From NCBI RefSeq assembly GCF_902652985.1, contig NC_047032.1:30628001-30692000 (forward strand): a DNA stretch of 64,000 bases. Direction: 5' to 3'. Both the position numbers and the translations under genes were made by a program. The notes under the pieces were generated by a model. It was not told where the DNA came from and did no database searches. It saw only the letters and a program-made list of their open reading frames with translations. This stretch comes from Pecten maximus. Its lineage: Eukaryota. This document shows positions 26,689 to 39,100 of this stretch, in pieces. Positions within the stretch are counted from its first letter, which is position 1. Each line of letters begins with the position of its first letter.

Positions 26689-29644
26689 ACGGATGTACTA
26701 GTCCTGTCGACAATTCATTTGGCGCGTATATCCTTCCGTAAGATATCACTAAACAGACAAATCTATTAACCACATTTGGACACATCTTTCTACGCTATTA
26801 TTACAATGTAGGTAATTTACAGTATTTTACGATAATAATTCCTATTACTACTTAAACGATTATATTATTAATATTGAAATCAATTTCAAGTCTGCACACA
26901 AACTTCCTCTCCGTCTAGTAGCTGGTTCGCCCATACCTCCTACTCAGACATCGATTTGTTGCGTAACAAGTAACGCGGGTAGTAATTGTCTATCGTGGGA
27001 TATTTCATATCAATAGTAGACCGATAATCAATCGTTATTCTGTATCTTTACTACAATATAGTTACGAATTCGCGGTAATCAACGTACAGTGTGACGTAGG
27101 CGTTGATCAGAATGGTGTGAACGGATTTATGTGTGATTATGTAACTGTGGCTATTGGCAGTAAATGTTGAAGCATGATCTGGTACAAACAAGTTAAGAGG
27201 CGTTAAAACTGAACCGGTACTACACGGTGTGTTGTTTGGAGAAGGAATAACTATCGCATTCTAGGAATTCTGAGTGGAGAGGTAATGTAAACCCTTTATA
27301 GAGAGGTAATGTAAACCCTTGATAGAGAGGACATTTCCCTCTCAATGTAGGAATTATGAGCGCGGAGTTACAATAAGTGGCGTAGGAAATCGTCAAAAAG
27401 TGGGGGTGGGGGGAAGGAGCAATATTTTTTGTACAAATCGTGAATCACCAGGCGCGGATCTAGGATTTTCGAAAGGGGTGGGGGGTTCCAGTAATTTAGT
27501 GATGATGCGAGCGCTGTAGGCGCTAGCCGAATTTTTTTCCATTTTTAAAGCTATACAAAAAATGTCCTCCTCCGAAAAAGGGAAAATTCACCTCGCTTCA
27601 AAAACTTCTTATTTTTTCTAAATAATTGACAGGTTTTTAACTTTTCAAATTTGATGTGTATCTAAAGCAAACCCTATATGCTGCTAATTTGTAGACAACA
27701 GATACCAGTGCCGTTTCATTTTATACAGTGTTTCCGACATTCGTACCTGTTGGTAATTAGTATCACTCTATTCACGTTAAAACCGCGCATTCTTATCCGT
27801 GTTGTGTTTCTGTCTTGTTCTCGTTACGAAATCAATCAACTTCACAAATTATCATCAACTTATCGAATCTATGTGATGAATTAAAGCAAAATTTCGTATT
27901 AAAATATAAATATTGACTTACCAGGCTATTGCAGACGACCGACACACAGGTCTGAGGATTGATATACTAGTATAATAGTCGGAATTGTCATGGATGTACA
28001 AGATTAAGTTTTTATCGTTACCTTCAAGAAAACAATTTCGGTTCAAAAAATTACAGATATTTATCGAAATAGATATCAAAATTCGTTAGTTTTTTTTCCT
28101 TTTTATAGAATTTAGATGTCAAAAAGTGTGTGTGGGGGGGGGGGGGAGGTGGGATGGGGGGGGGCAAAAAGATATGTGTAATACAAATTGTACTTGAAGA
28201 TCTACGATGCATCGACTGTGGAACGGAAGTACACTTGATTTGTCGACAATTAATTGTTTATAGAGCTGTTGACCAATCAGATTGCCCCTTGCATACCGTT
28301 CTAAAATATACCGACTACTTCCGTTTCACAGTTGATGCGTCGTCGGCTATGACGATCACTTTTGATCCATCTTCTCATTTTTAAATTATTGTTATACAAG
28401 CAAGAAAGACATGCATTGATATTTAAGGATTCTAAGCCAAGATACGTTACCGAAGTTTATTTGCATTTGATATATAAAGCGGATTGAAATTGAATTCCGA
28501 GCGAATCGAAGCTTATCCCACTTCCGGTTTTTCAAGTGTCACACCTTGTTGATATAGTAGTAGTGGCTATTTTTTATTTCTTTTAATAATAACCAGAAGC
28601 TGACGCCTGTGATATAACTAAGACTTTTAATAAATTACAAAAATAGAAAGTGATAACAACCATGCTTTGTCACTTACACTCACGTGACTCCATTCGACTT
28701 TGTCAGTGTATCATTCCTAACAAACAATTTGTCAACATAAACATGTATTCATAGAATAGTTTTCAGTATAGGCTCGGGAGACGCTATATCTTAAACCCAT
28801 TTCACTATAAGAAGAAATTCTCCTTTAAAGAATGTGAAATCTACTGTTATAGTCACATTAAAATGTATATAATGACGGGATTCTGGGTAGGTCTTGTAAA
28901 ATATACATGTAGCTTAAACGAGTATGATATATATGGCATGGAGGTAGAATCTATATCCTTACAAATATTATACAGCTGTATAATTTAAATGCATTGGTTG
29001 GGTAATCATCCGATATTACATTAGATGATCGAGAATTAACGATGTGTTGTAAGGGTGTATATGGGTTAAATAACAAGGTGTCTTTGATCAAACACAATTA
29101 ATAGTTTGTGTTAAATGTTTTAATATTTGTTCCAATACTCCTTTTGTGTCTATGTTCATTCATCGGTATATCATCATTTGTAGTTTTATTTCCACTGAAA
29201 AAGTTTCGTTAGTGCCCTCTCGACCAATCCCCATATATACATCTGATATTTATATAGATAATTCGGACCTCATACCTGTATTTGGATAAGTTTTAAGTTA
29301 CTAATATACACTACATTTTAGAGTCTGATTTCACACAAACACTAGACGTCTACAGAAGAGATACAGATTTACATGTACTCATTGTTAAGACGCGAGTATA
29401 CGAACCTTAACAACGGAAAGAATTTGTAAAGGTGTTGTTGGTTACATCACCGAATGTGACACGCTCTGTCAGCCTAATTGGGTATCAAGGAAGACGTGCC
29501 GAGGGATAAATGTAGCCTGGGGTTTTATTGACATGTAAAAAAAATTCTAGGAGCCCTTGATGATTGATTTCATTCTGTTAATATCAAGATATTTTATACA
29601 TCTTTGTCGTTAATTTACCGACAATATTCGGTTAATGATGCATA

Positions 29645-29666
29645 TTTCTAATTTTATATTTTCAGA
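29645..29666 (+). other. Candidate splice acceptor upstream of the GPCR
   Basis: Branch-like ctaat + pyrimidine tract ttttatattttcag| ending at 29665. Confidence 0.45.
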
Positions 29667-30133
29667 ATCAGTTCGACGTTTCACAGAACTGCTCGGCTCG
29701 TCATCCTCCGGGAGACGATGTTTTAGATGCTGACACCCATAACCGTAATGGTACTAACTGGCGACAACTTTAGACGAGGAATCCGCCAAGATCCTGTCAT
29801 GAAAAGCTTGTAACTTGCAGAAATATTAGTTTTTTAACCAGCGCTCCGAACGGATTTAATCTTAGTTTAATTGGAAACTTCATTGCCATACATCTTTTGA
29901 TCACATGTGAATATTGTTGAAAACAAGATAATAAGACTGACACTGGTGTGTTAGGTCACGTGTGACGATCGATTTACTTAAATTACTGGTCGACACCCAG
30001 AGGCAGGTGTGTGATTTATGTTCCAGTCGTCAGTGTCAGTGATAACAGTGTATTTAAGGTACCGTGACGTCTAGCTCAAATCTCACTCACAATAGTGACT
30101 CCATGCTACATACGAGCTGTGTTAACTACGAAT

Positions 30134-30855
30134 CACTCAGCGGAAGTAACCCTAGTGGATATAAAACAGGAACTATCCCAGGAGAGAGTTATCGGTCTTC
30201 ACCGGAAGTAGTTCTAGTGGATATAAAACAGGAACTATCCCAGGAGATAGTTATCGGTCTTTACCGGAAGTAGTTCTAGTGGATATAAAACAGGAACTAT
30301 CCCAGGAGATAGTTATCGGTCTTTACCGGAAGTAGTTTTAGTGGATATAAAACAGGAACTATCCCAGGAGAGAGTTATCGGTCATTTACCGGAAGTAGTT
30401 CTAGTGGATATAAAACAGGAACTATCCCAGGAGATAGTTATCGGTCACTCAGCGGAAGTAACCCTAGTGGATATAAAACAGGAACTATCCCAGGAGAGAG
30501 TTATCGGTCACTCAGCGGAAGTAACCCTAGTGGATATAAAACAGGAACTATCCCAGGAGAGAGTTATCGGTCATTTACCGGAAGTAGTTCTAGTGGATAT
30601 AAAACAGGAACTATCCAAGGAGAGAGTTATCGGTCACTCAGCGGAAGTAACCCTAGTGGATATAAAACAGGAACTATCCCAGGAGAGAGTTATCGGTCAC
30701 TCAGCGGAAGTAACCCTAGTGGATATAAAACAGGAACTATCCCAGGAGAGAGTTTTCGGCCATTGACCGGAAGTAGTTCTAGTGGATATGACACACGGGA
30801 ATAAGTGCAAAAGACGGTTATCTTCACTAACCGGAAGTAAGTTTAGCGGATATAA
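30134..30855 (+). repeat. Minisatellite, 63-bp unit (some 62), about 11 copies
   Basis: agtggatataaaacaggaactatcccaggagagagttatcggtcactcagcggaagtaaccct. Confidence 0.96.
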
Positions 30856-31522
30856 CACAGGGAAATCATTTTATTATATCCAACGGTTGTAAAACTTGTC
30901 AAAATATTTGGATTTAATCTGTATTCAATATTTCTGTATTGTGTATTATTCGTGGCGTTTGTTTCCTGGATTATGTTCACTATCTACACTCCGTGGATTA
31001 CCGACAGTGATGGATTATACCAGTCCTGTTGATGGGAATGTTAGTGTCTGATTTCTACACTCCGTGGATCACTGACAGTGATGTCAATAATCTGTCTGTG
31101 TGGACACCTGGCTCCCGTTACGGACGATGTCATGGCAGTTGTATGTGGGTAAGGATTAACATAAATTATAATTATCCCATAGCTGTTCGCGTTTCAATCA
31201 TTGTATGGAAGGATGACGTAGCTCATATATAACTGTAAAAAAAAACACTTCCGGGATCAGTTGTTATTTCAGTCGATGACATTGGAGAATTAAAGTCACT
31301 TTTGATGCTCAAGTAGTTTCTATCCAAAATATTTTTTTCATGGAATATATAAAATACGTGAGACAAATCAAACAACACCACATAAGCGTTCGGAACTACT
31401 GGATTAGTGACTGTACTGCGTGACGTGTCGAGTGTACAATGACAGGCTATTACATATATAGCTTGTGACTTTTATATCCTAGCCACAATGGGTATTAATC
31501 GGTATAAAAAGTCGTGGTAAAT

Positions 31523-31696
31523 TGTGGAAGTATTGGATTGATAGAAGAAGGATTCACGTGGAAATATTGGATTGATAGATGTAGGATTCACGTGGAAGTA
31601 TTGGATTGGTAGATGTAGGATTCACGTGGAAATATTGGATTGATAGATGTAGGATTCACGTGGAAATATTGGATTGATAGATGTAGGGTTCACGTG
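31523..31696 (+). repeat. Minisatellite, 34-bp unit, 5 copies, each ending in CACGTG
   Basis: gtggaaatattggattgatagatgtaggattcac; ends about 40 bp before the GPCR ATG. Confidence 0.95.
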
Positions 31697-31734
31697 CTCA
31701 GTATCTACCGACACCAAATTCTCCTGACATAAGT

Positions 31735-33081
31735 ATGTCGGAGAACAACACAATGTCTATCTTCAACATTTCACTGACTCCAGCAAGTCTTCCACCAGCT
31801 TTGGTGGAGCCGGATAATAGTGAACAACTCCGGATAACTCGATTGATTGTCCAGAATATCCTGGTTCCTCTTGTCGTAGCTCTGGGGTTAACGGGTAACA
31901 TTCTCAGTATCATTGTTCTTACTCATCGTTCCATGCGGACGTCGACAAATTGCTATCTCGCAACATTAGCCATATTTGACACGCTGTATTTGCTCATGTC
32001 TTTCTCCCTTAGTTTCAAACATTACGGCGATCTAGGAGATGATCGTGTTTATAAATACTGGTTTCCCGTGGCACGTGTTCTAACGGATATGTGTGGAAAT
32101 GTGTCTGTTTGTCTCACTGTGACATTTACGGTAGAACGATACATAGCGGTATGTCTCCCTATGCGAGGTCACGTGATATGTACTCCAGAACGGGCGCGGA
32201 TTATAGCGACGCTTGTTGTCCTTTTCGCTTTAGCGTCAACGTCACCGGAATTCTTTGAATGGGAAGTGTCAGAGAAAGTTGTGAATAACGTGACGACTGT
32301 TGAAGTAACTGACACGGAATTCGGGAAAAGTAGCGTTTACAGAGTGGGGTATTACTGGTACCTCGTTGTCATGTTTACTTTTGTTCCTCTTTTGTGTATT
32401 TGGACTTTTAATTCAATTTTGATTTATACAGTTTGGAAAGCGACGATGTTACGTCGCCGAATGACACAGGTCGTGTCCAATCGGACGCACGGAGAACGCC
32501 AACAAGGGGAACAACAGAGGATTACTCTTATGTTAATTAGTGTCGGTATCGTATTCATAGTCTGTCAAATTCCTTCAGCCTTCTTAATTATATATAACGC
32601 TTATTTAGAACATGCTGATATCATACCAACAAGAGCCGAAATCAACAGTATGAGAATCGCTGGTAATGTGACAAATTTACTTTTACTGCTGAACGCCGCT
32701 ATCAACTTCATGTTATACTCGGTGATGAGTACCAAGTTCCGTCGAGTATTTTTACGTGTTGTATGTAGACCCTGTTATGGACAGAAAAACAAATTTAATT
32801 GCACAGAGTATAGTTACATTACAAATCAAACATCTACGAGACGTTGTTCACACTTCCGGACAACATACGATAATCGGATACACAGGGACGACAATTTAAC
32901 TGCTTCACTCGGGACACTTCTTCCTCAAACAAGAGATAATAGAAGAAGTTGGTCACCAGGACGGAGTGTAGGAAACCTTCGGTACTCTTCAGATTCTTTG
33001 CATTTGGCTACCACACCAACTAAAAGTGTTCCAAATGGTCGTTCTAGGAGCAAAAACAGCATGTTGGATACAAACATTTGA
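31735..33081 (+). CDS. Class A (rhodopsin-like) neuropeptide GPCR, FMRFamide/myosuppressin/sex-peptide receptor-like; intronless CDS, 448 aa
   Basis: Seven hydrophobic helices; TM1 GLTGN, TM2 LAIFD, TM3 ERYIAVCLP, TM6 FIVCQIP, TM7 NAAINFMLY (NFxxY variant typical of this family), helix 8 KFRRVF; N-terminal N-glycosylation sequons NNT and NIS; Ser/Thr-rich tail. Confidence 0.94.
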   Translation: MSENNTMSIFNISLTPASLPPALVEPDNSEQLRITRLIVQNILVPLVVALGLTGNILSIIVLTHRSMRTSTNCYLATLAIFDTLYLLMSFSLSFKHYGDLGDDRVYKYWFPVARVLTDMCGNVSVCLTVTFTVERYIAVCLPMRGHVICTPERARIIATLVVLFALASTSPEFFEWEVSEKVVNNVTTVEVTDTEFGKSSVYRVGYYWYLVVMFTFVPLLCIWTFNSILIYTVWKATMLRRRMTQVVSNRTHGERQQGEQQRITLMLISVGIVFIVCQIPSAFLIIYNAYLEHADIIPTRAEINSMRIAGNVTNLLLLLNAAINFMLYSVMSTKFRRVFLRVVCRPCYGQKNKFNCTEYSYITNQTSTRRCSHFRTTYDNRIHRDDNLTASLGTLLPQTRDNRRSWSPGRSVGNLRYSSDSLHLATTPTKSVPNGRSRSKNSMLDTNI

Positions 33082-34384
33082 CAACACAAGTTCCATAGAT
33101 CTATCTATAAATAGAATATTCAGCTGTCATCAAATGTTCTTTCTTTTTTTTTCTGTTGTCATGGATTTGAAATTTGTAAACAGAACGTTAATATGCAACG
33201 ATAAACGAACAAAATTATATTACGTCACGGATTTTGTGGTGACCATAAAGATAAATGTGTGATACATGTACGTCATGATTACGGAGGTGACTACTATAAG
33301 ACTGTTTTGGTGTATATTTAAAGATATGTACATGTAACTCGATATGTTAAATCATATATTTCATATTAGTGAATCCTTTTTCCATTATTATAATATAATT
33401 CTGTAGACTATAAAAATAGGTATTGATACCAAAATGGTCAAAAAAATGTGTTGGAATTAATATCTACACCAAACAAATCAACGACACCAAATTAGAAAAT
33501 CAAGTCCCACATTAGCAACTATATTTTCAAACATTTTTACACGATTTTAATCAAACAGATATCCATCACATATACATTCCGGATATGACGTCACGGATTT
33601 AATCAGTCGATCACAATTCCTCACTGCGTTTACTCCCCTATGATAACAATGTATGAGAATCATTCATACATGTCAGCAGGTATTTTGAAATACATAATTC
33701 AGGTCAATATAACACGATGACGATTCATAGTCCTCAGTTCCATTGAGAACACAGGAGTCATATCTTGTATTATGTACATGTCGATCGTAACGATATATAA
33801 TTAAAATTGTGACACTTTGCTTATATTTTTCTGATGTAATTTATTTCGGTAACATCGTGTTGATTTTGGTGTCCTTCAATCATATATATACTCTACATTT
33901 CATGTGCTACTTTTTATCGATTGTGTGTGATGTTTTGTATTTTGTCAGTTTGGAGTATGAAATGTCCTGTCTACACTGGATATTGATTAATCCCGGTCTA
34001 TTTTTATATATCAAGTATCCAGTTTAAAGCTGATGATATCAAACACGATTTTCACCAAGCTGAACTCCTCGGGTGCGCCTCACACAACATCCCAGATGTG
34101 ATAGGTATTTGGATTAATGAGGAATTCAACCATGTTCCCGAACGACGCGGGGAAAATATCGGTTGTATTTTACGAATAATCGCTTTTTAAGAAAAATTAA
34201 ATGAAGCTTTAAACTGAATACATGTATAAAAGAGGAGAAAGCCCCGGTCAGTACTGTCATTGACTGCAGAGTCAAATTCAACGTGATGTGGCTTGAGTTA
34301 TATTGGAGGAGTTACGAGGTGATTATAAATTCGTCAGTTCGGAACTGATTGTTGAAGTGCCCCGTTTATGTTTAATGAAAAACC

Positions 34385-34980
34385 CCGTGATTATTCACTG
34401 TGTCCAGTCTATGTTTTATGATACACCTCGTGATTATTTCCCGTGTCCAGTCTATGTTTAACGATACATCACGTGATTATTTACTGTGTTCAGTCTATGT
34501 TTAACGATACATCACGTGATTATTTACTGTGTCCAGTCTATGTTTAACGATACGTATATACATCACGTGATTATTTACTGTGTCCAGTCTATGTGTAACG
34601 ATACATCACGTGATTATTTAATGTGTCCAGTCTATCTTTAACGATACATCACGTGATTATTTACTGTATCCAGTCTATGTTTTATGATACACCACATGAT
34701 TATTCACTGTGTCCAGTCTATGGTTTACGATACACCACGTGATTATCCACTGTGTCCAGTTTATGTTTTATGATACACCACGTGATTATCCACTGTGTCC
34801 AGTCTATGTTTTATGATACACCCCGTGATTATTCACTGTGTCCAGTCTATGTTTTACGATACACCACGTGATTATTCGCCGTGTCCAGTCTATGTTTTAT
34901 GATACACCACGTGATTATTCGCCGTGTCCAGTCTATGTTTTAAGATACACCACGTGATTATTCGCCGTGCCCAGGCTATA
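34385..34980 (+). repeat. Minisatellite, 43-bp unit, about 14 copies, most with CACGTG
   Basis: cacgtgattatttactgtgtccagtctatgtttaacgatacat. Confidence 0.95.
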
Positions 34981-36105
34981 TTTCATAATGTACAATTGTA
35001 TCAATCATTATTCAATCGCCATTTTAAAGCTGATCGTTAAAGTGTCCGGCCTATGCTGTATTATATATTCCCCGTGATTATATACTTTATCGAGAAATTA
35101 AAGACTATTTTCTTTTATCTCACTTTTCGTTATTTCTTTACCAAGACAATTATTTAACAGATTGAATGATTTAAATAGCAATATCATCATCATTGGCTCT
35201 TCTCCATGACATCTCCACGAAACTGCATTTCCGTTAAAGCCATATACTCCCGAAGAAACATACATCAATGTTTAGATTTTGAGCTTTTTACAGTTTTCCG
35301 GCATACCACATACCTAATAGACTATCGTGAATCAGAAACTGAAAGAAAATGTGTATTTATGAAAGTATACTACATAAATAATAACTGTGGCTGCCGGACC
35401 AAGTCTTTCTGAAAATAATTCCCACAATGCAACGGCGGGTTTTACAGTCCATACAAAATGGCGGAACGCCGAAATCGTAGACCTCGGAAAACGCAGACAG
35501 GTTCTGCCAAAAAAAGTCGCAAACATGAGTGGAATCGGCAAAACCCGAGTATTTCCTTAGGAAAGGAAATGTTGGAAGTAAGCGAGAAAAGAAAAGGGAA
35601 TAGACTCGAATTCCGATTTTGCCGGACGTCTATTGGATTGCTAGTTAGCTTTTGAACTTTGTCAACTTCACCGATCTAAAACTATCGATGTTTTGTTATA
35701 TGCATATTACTACATTTTACAATTACGTATTCAAATGTAAACTATGTTTATTTTGTTCAGTTAGTACGTGAATATTCTGTTAATATGTTTGAATGAAAGC
35801 ATTATTAGGCAACGTTCACGTATGCTCGATATGTAAACAACGGCCATGTGTGTAGTTTATATGCAGCGCACGTTGTTATAGCCTCGTCCTCGGCTCCGTG
35901 ACAAATCTCGCGATAAATAGATAGATAGATAGATATCTTTATTTCCTCCAATTGCATGAAGATTACAGAACATATTAACAGGAAAACAATAAATTAAGAA
36001 ATGAATAATTGATATGAAAGAAATTGAATCCGCCATCGCTTAAGTATTGCGATAGCCTAATAACTCTATTCCGTTGAGCGTTTCTTTTACATTTACATTT
36101 ATATA

Positions 36106-39100
36106 TTACAGTATTTCAAATAAATATTTGGTCATTTTGGCGATACTGATGGAATTCAGCAACATAAATTGTTCCCACGCATCATCGTCTATTTCAATAG
36201 TATCCCGGCTTCCTAGGATCACCTTTGTCATGCTAGTCTCGTCGAGGTCGGCAAACATGACATAATTTGCAGTTCCCAGGACATTGACGACGTTGTCTAG
36301 TAGCGAATCTCTAGTTTCCTGTAGTTTACCGCACTGAATAATAAAATGAGCTATAACGTTACTGCCACGCTGTCCACACAATTTGCATACAACTATTTCT
36401 TTAACATGGAGATATGAGAGTTTAATCATCTCCGCTAGTTTCCAAGTATATGCTGGGTGTTTTTCTCCTAATATATAAAGCGGATGTAACGTCAGGCTCG
36501 TGTGGATGTCCGAATATATGCTTAGCTCTTGTCTTTCAGTTAGAACTTCTTTCCATTTGGTTTCTTGATGAAAGTGGATAACATTTGTTATGAATTTTTT
36601 CCAGCTGGTTTTACCGATTGTGTCTCCATAGAAGAAAAAATCCTCAAATAAAATACTTAGTTGATATTTGCGATGTATCCCGACGACATCGGGAATAAAA
36701 CCTGTCGTAATGGTTTCATCTACTATGAAGTCACACAAGCGGGCATTAAAGATCCTTTTCCAGATAAAATTGGGATTCCCCCTACTTAAGCGATTCCAAA
36801 ACAGCAATTTACATTTGTCAACATGTGATTGTATTTCCCATAATCCCAAGCAGTTGATTGTCACACATGTGGGAGAGTCGAACTCGAAGCCTTGACATCG
36901 CCTTGCCACTTTCCGTTGTAGTATTTCAACATCTGTCCATGTTGTTGACCGACAAATATTGTTCCACAGTTCGCACCCGTATGTTAGAGACGGTAGTAGG
37001 ATATTCTTCCAGATAATTACACTAAGCGCTGGGGACATTCCATTTTTGTGTATGCCTAAACCGATCATCGAGTTAAAAAGCTTTTTAACCTTTTCCATTT
37101 GCTGACACACACATTCGTCACTATTGAGCATTGTAGTCAGAAGAAGTCCAGCATAGGTAACGCCATTTTTATATTGGAGCTGATTGTGCCCAATGTAGAA
37201 GGGGGTTTTGGGTACAAATTTTTGCCTTTTCTTCGATTTTTCAAAAATAACAATTCCACTTTTGTCGCTGTTATAGGTCATTCGCCATTTCAAAGAATAT
37301 TCATAGACAATGTCTAGTTCACGCTGCAAGTGACTTGCAGAGGCAGCAGCAACAAGAGTATCATCAGCTAAAAAGAGTCCCGGTACATGAATATCACCTA
37401 CACGTAAACCGTTCATGCCACGGTCAAGTTCTATGGCGAGGTCGTTAATCATTACTAAAAATAGCCACGCAGATATCACTCGGCCTTGACCGACACCTTG
37501 CAAGACGTCATAGGGTTCTGATAGGCGTCCTCTATAAAGAACACGCGAAGTTACCAAACTAAATGAATCGCGTAGTAAACGCCATATCTTACCGGAAAAG
37601 CCGAGTTGTGATAGCTTATAGAGTAATCCATCAATCCATACGGAGTTAAATGCTTTTTGGTTGTCGAGGAAAGCGACCAATACCCTTGATCCGCGATCTG
37701 TATAGTGAAGGATACTTTCTTTAATTGCAAACCCGGCTGTCAAACTACCACATTCAGATCTGAATCCTTGTTGTAGCGGCGAAGGAAATCCAATGTCGTC
37801 GGATCTTCGCAAAATTCGGCTAAATAGTATTTTCTCAAATACTTTCTGTAATACGGATGTGAGTGTGATGTCACGATAACTATTAACATCCATTTTATTT
37901 TTCTTGCCACCTTTAAATAGACTGATTACAACTCCTTGTTTAAAATACGCTGGATATTTTTCCACTTTTACAATGGCGTTGAAAATTGTAGTTAAGAACG
38001 AAATAAGTCCTTCACCCGCGTATTGGCAGTGTTCGCTAACAACACTGTCGTGCCCGGGAGACTTTCCCGCTTTCATGCCTTTGATAGCTTGTTTCACTTC
38101 ATCATCTGTTACTTTATCTTTCAGTAGTTCACAGTCTTTTTCCTCAGCAGTTTCAACAATTTGTGCCAATCGACCCTCGATGTCTGCTTTGAAATCGTCA
38201 TCAAATGCATCGTTATTGCAAGGTTTCGCTAATGCAGCATAGTGATTATACCATACACGGTGGATTTCATTTGAGTCTCGTATGACATTGCCGTCAACTT
38301 GTAATTCCTGACATGTCTCTCGGATAGAGCGACGTCTCCGAACGAATCGATAGAATGTGCCTACATCTACGCATGCGTTTTCTTGTAATTCGCGAAACTG
38401 TTTCTGTTCGTATGCCTGTCTTGCTTTTCGCTGTTCCCGTCGGAAGTCACATTTAGATAGTTTATAATTTCTATAGGACTCAGCATGGCTATCGCGAGGT
38501 TTCCCGTTTACTAGCCACACGTTCCGATGTCGTCTCATGGCGGAGTGTAGATCCTTCAAGTTACCATAGTTCCAGTATGGTTTTAACTGACTTTTGAACG
38601 TCTTTCCTGTTAAAGATTTTATAGAGGCATTGATAAGAATATCTGCACATGACTTTAGGCAGTCGTTAATCTCCTCTATTGTACAGTTTTCAGGATTTAT
38701 TCTCATTTCGGTAATCGCGTGATTCACGTCTGTTTTATACTTATTAAGTTGCTTGTCAGTAGCTTTCCTCCAGTTGAAGATCGCAAAAGGACTTTCGCGT
38801 TCATAGGAGCCAACGGGTCTTCTTTTGTAATCAAATCTCACAGGCAAATGATCGGACATATTATTCAACTCATCGTCAGTGATAGAACATTGTCCTACGA
38901 GATCGACCTTATTATGTGGAACTAAAATATGGTCAATTAATGATTTAAAGGCTCCATTACAAAATGTATAGTCTGGTCCTGTTGCCCAATTTTGACTATT
39001 AATTGATATTAGTTGTCTTTCTGTCATGAAATGTCCTAATATATCACCTCTAATGTTGGAAGTTACACAGTTTTTACTGCCATAATCAGTAGATAACGTC

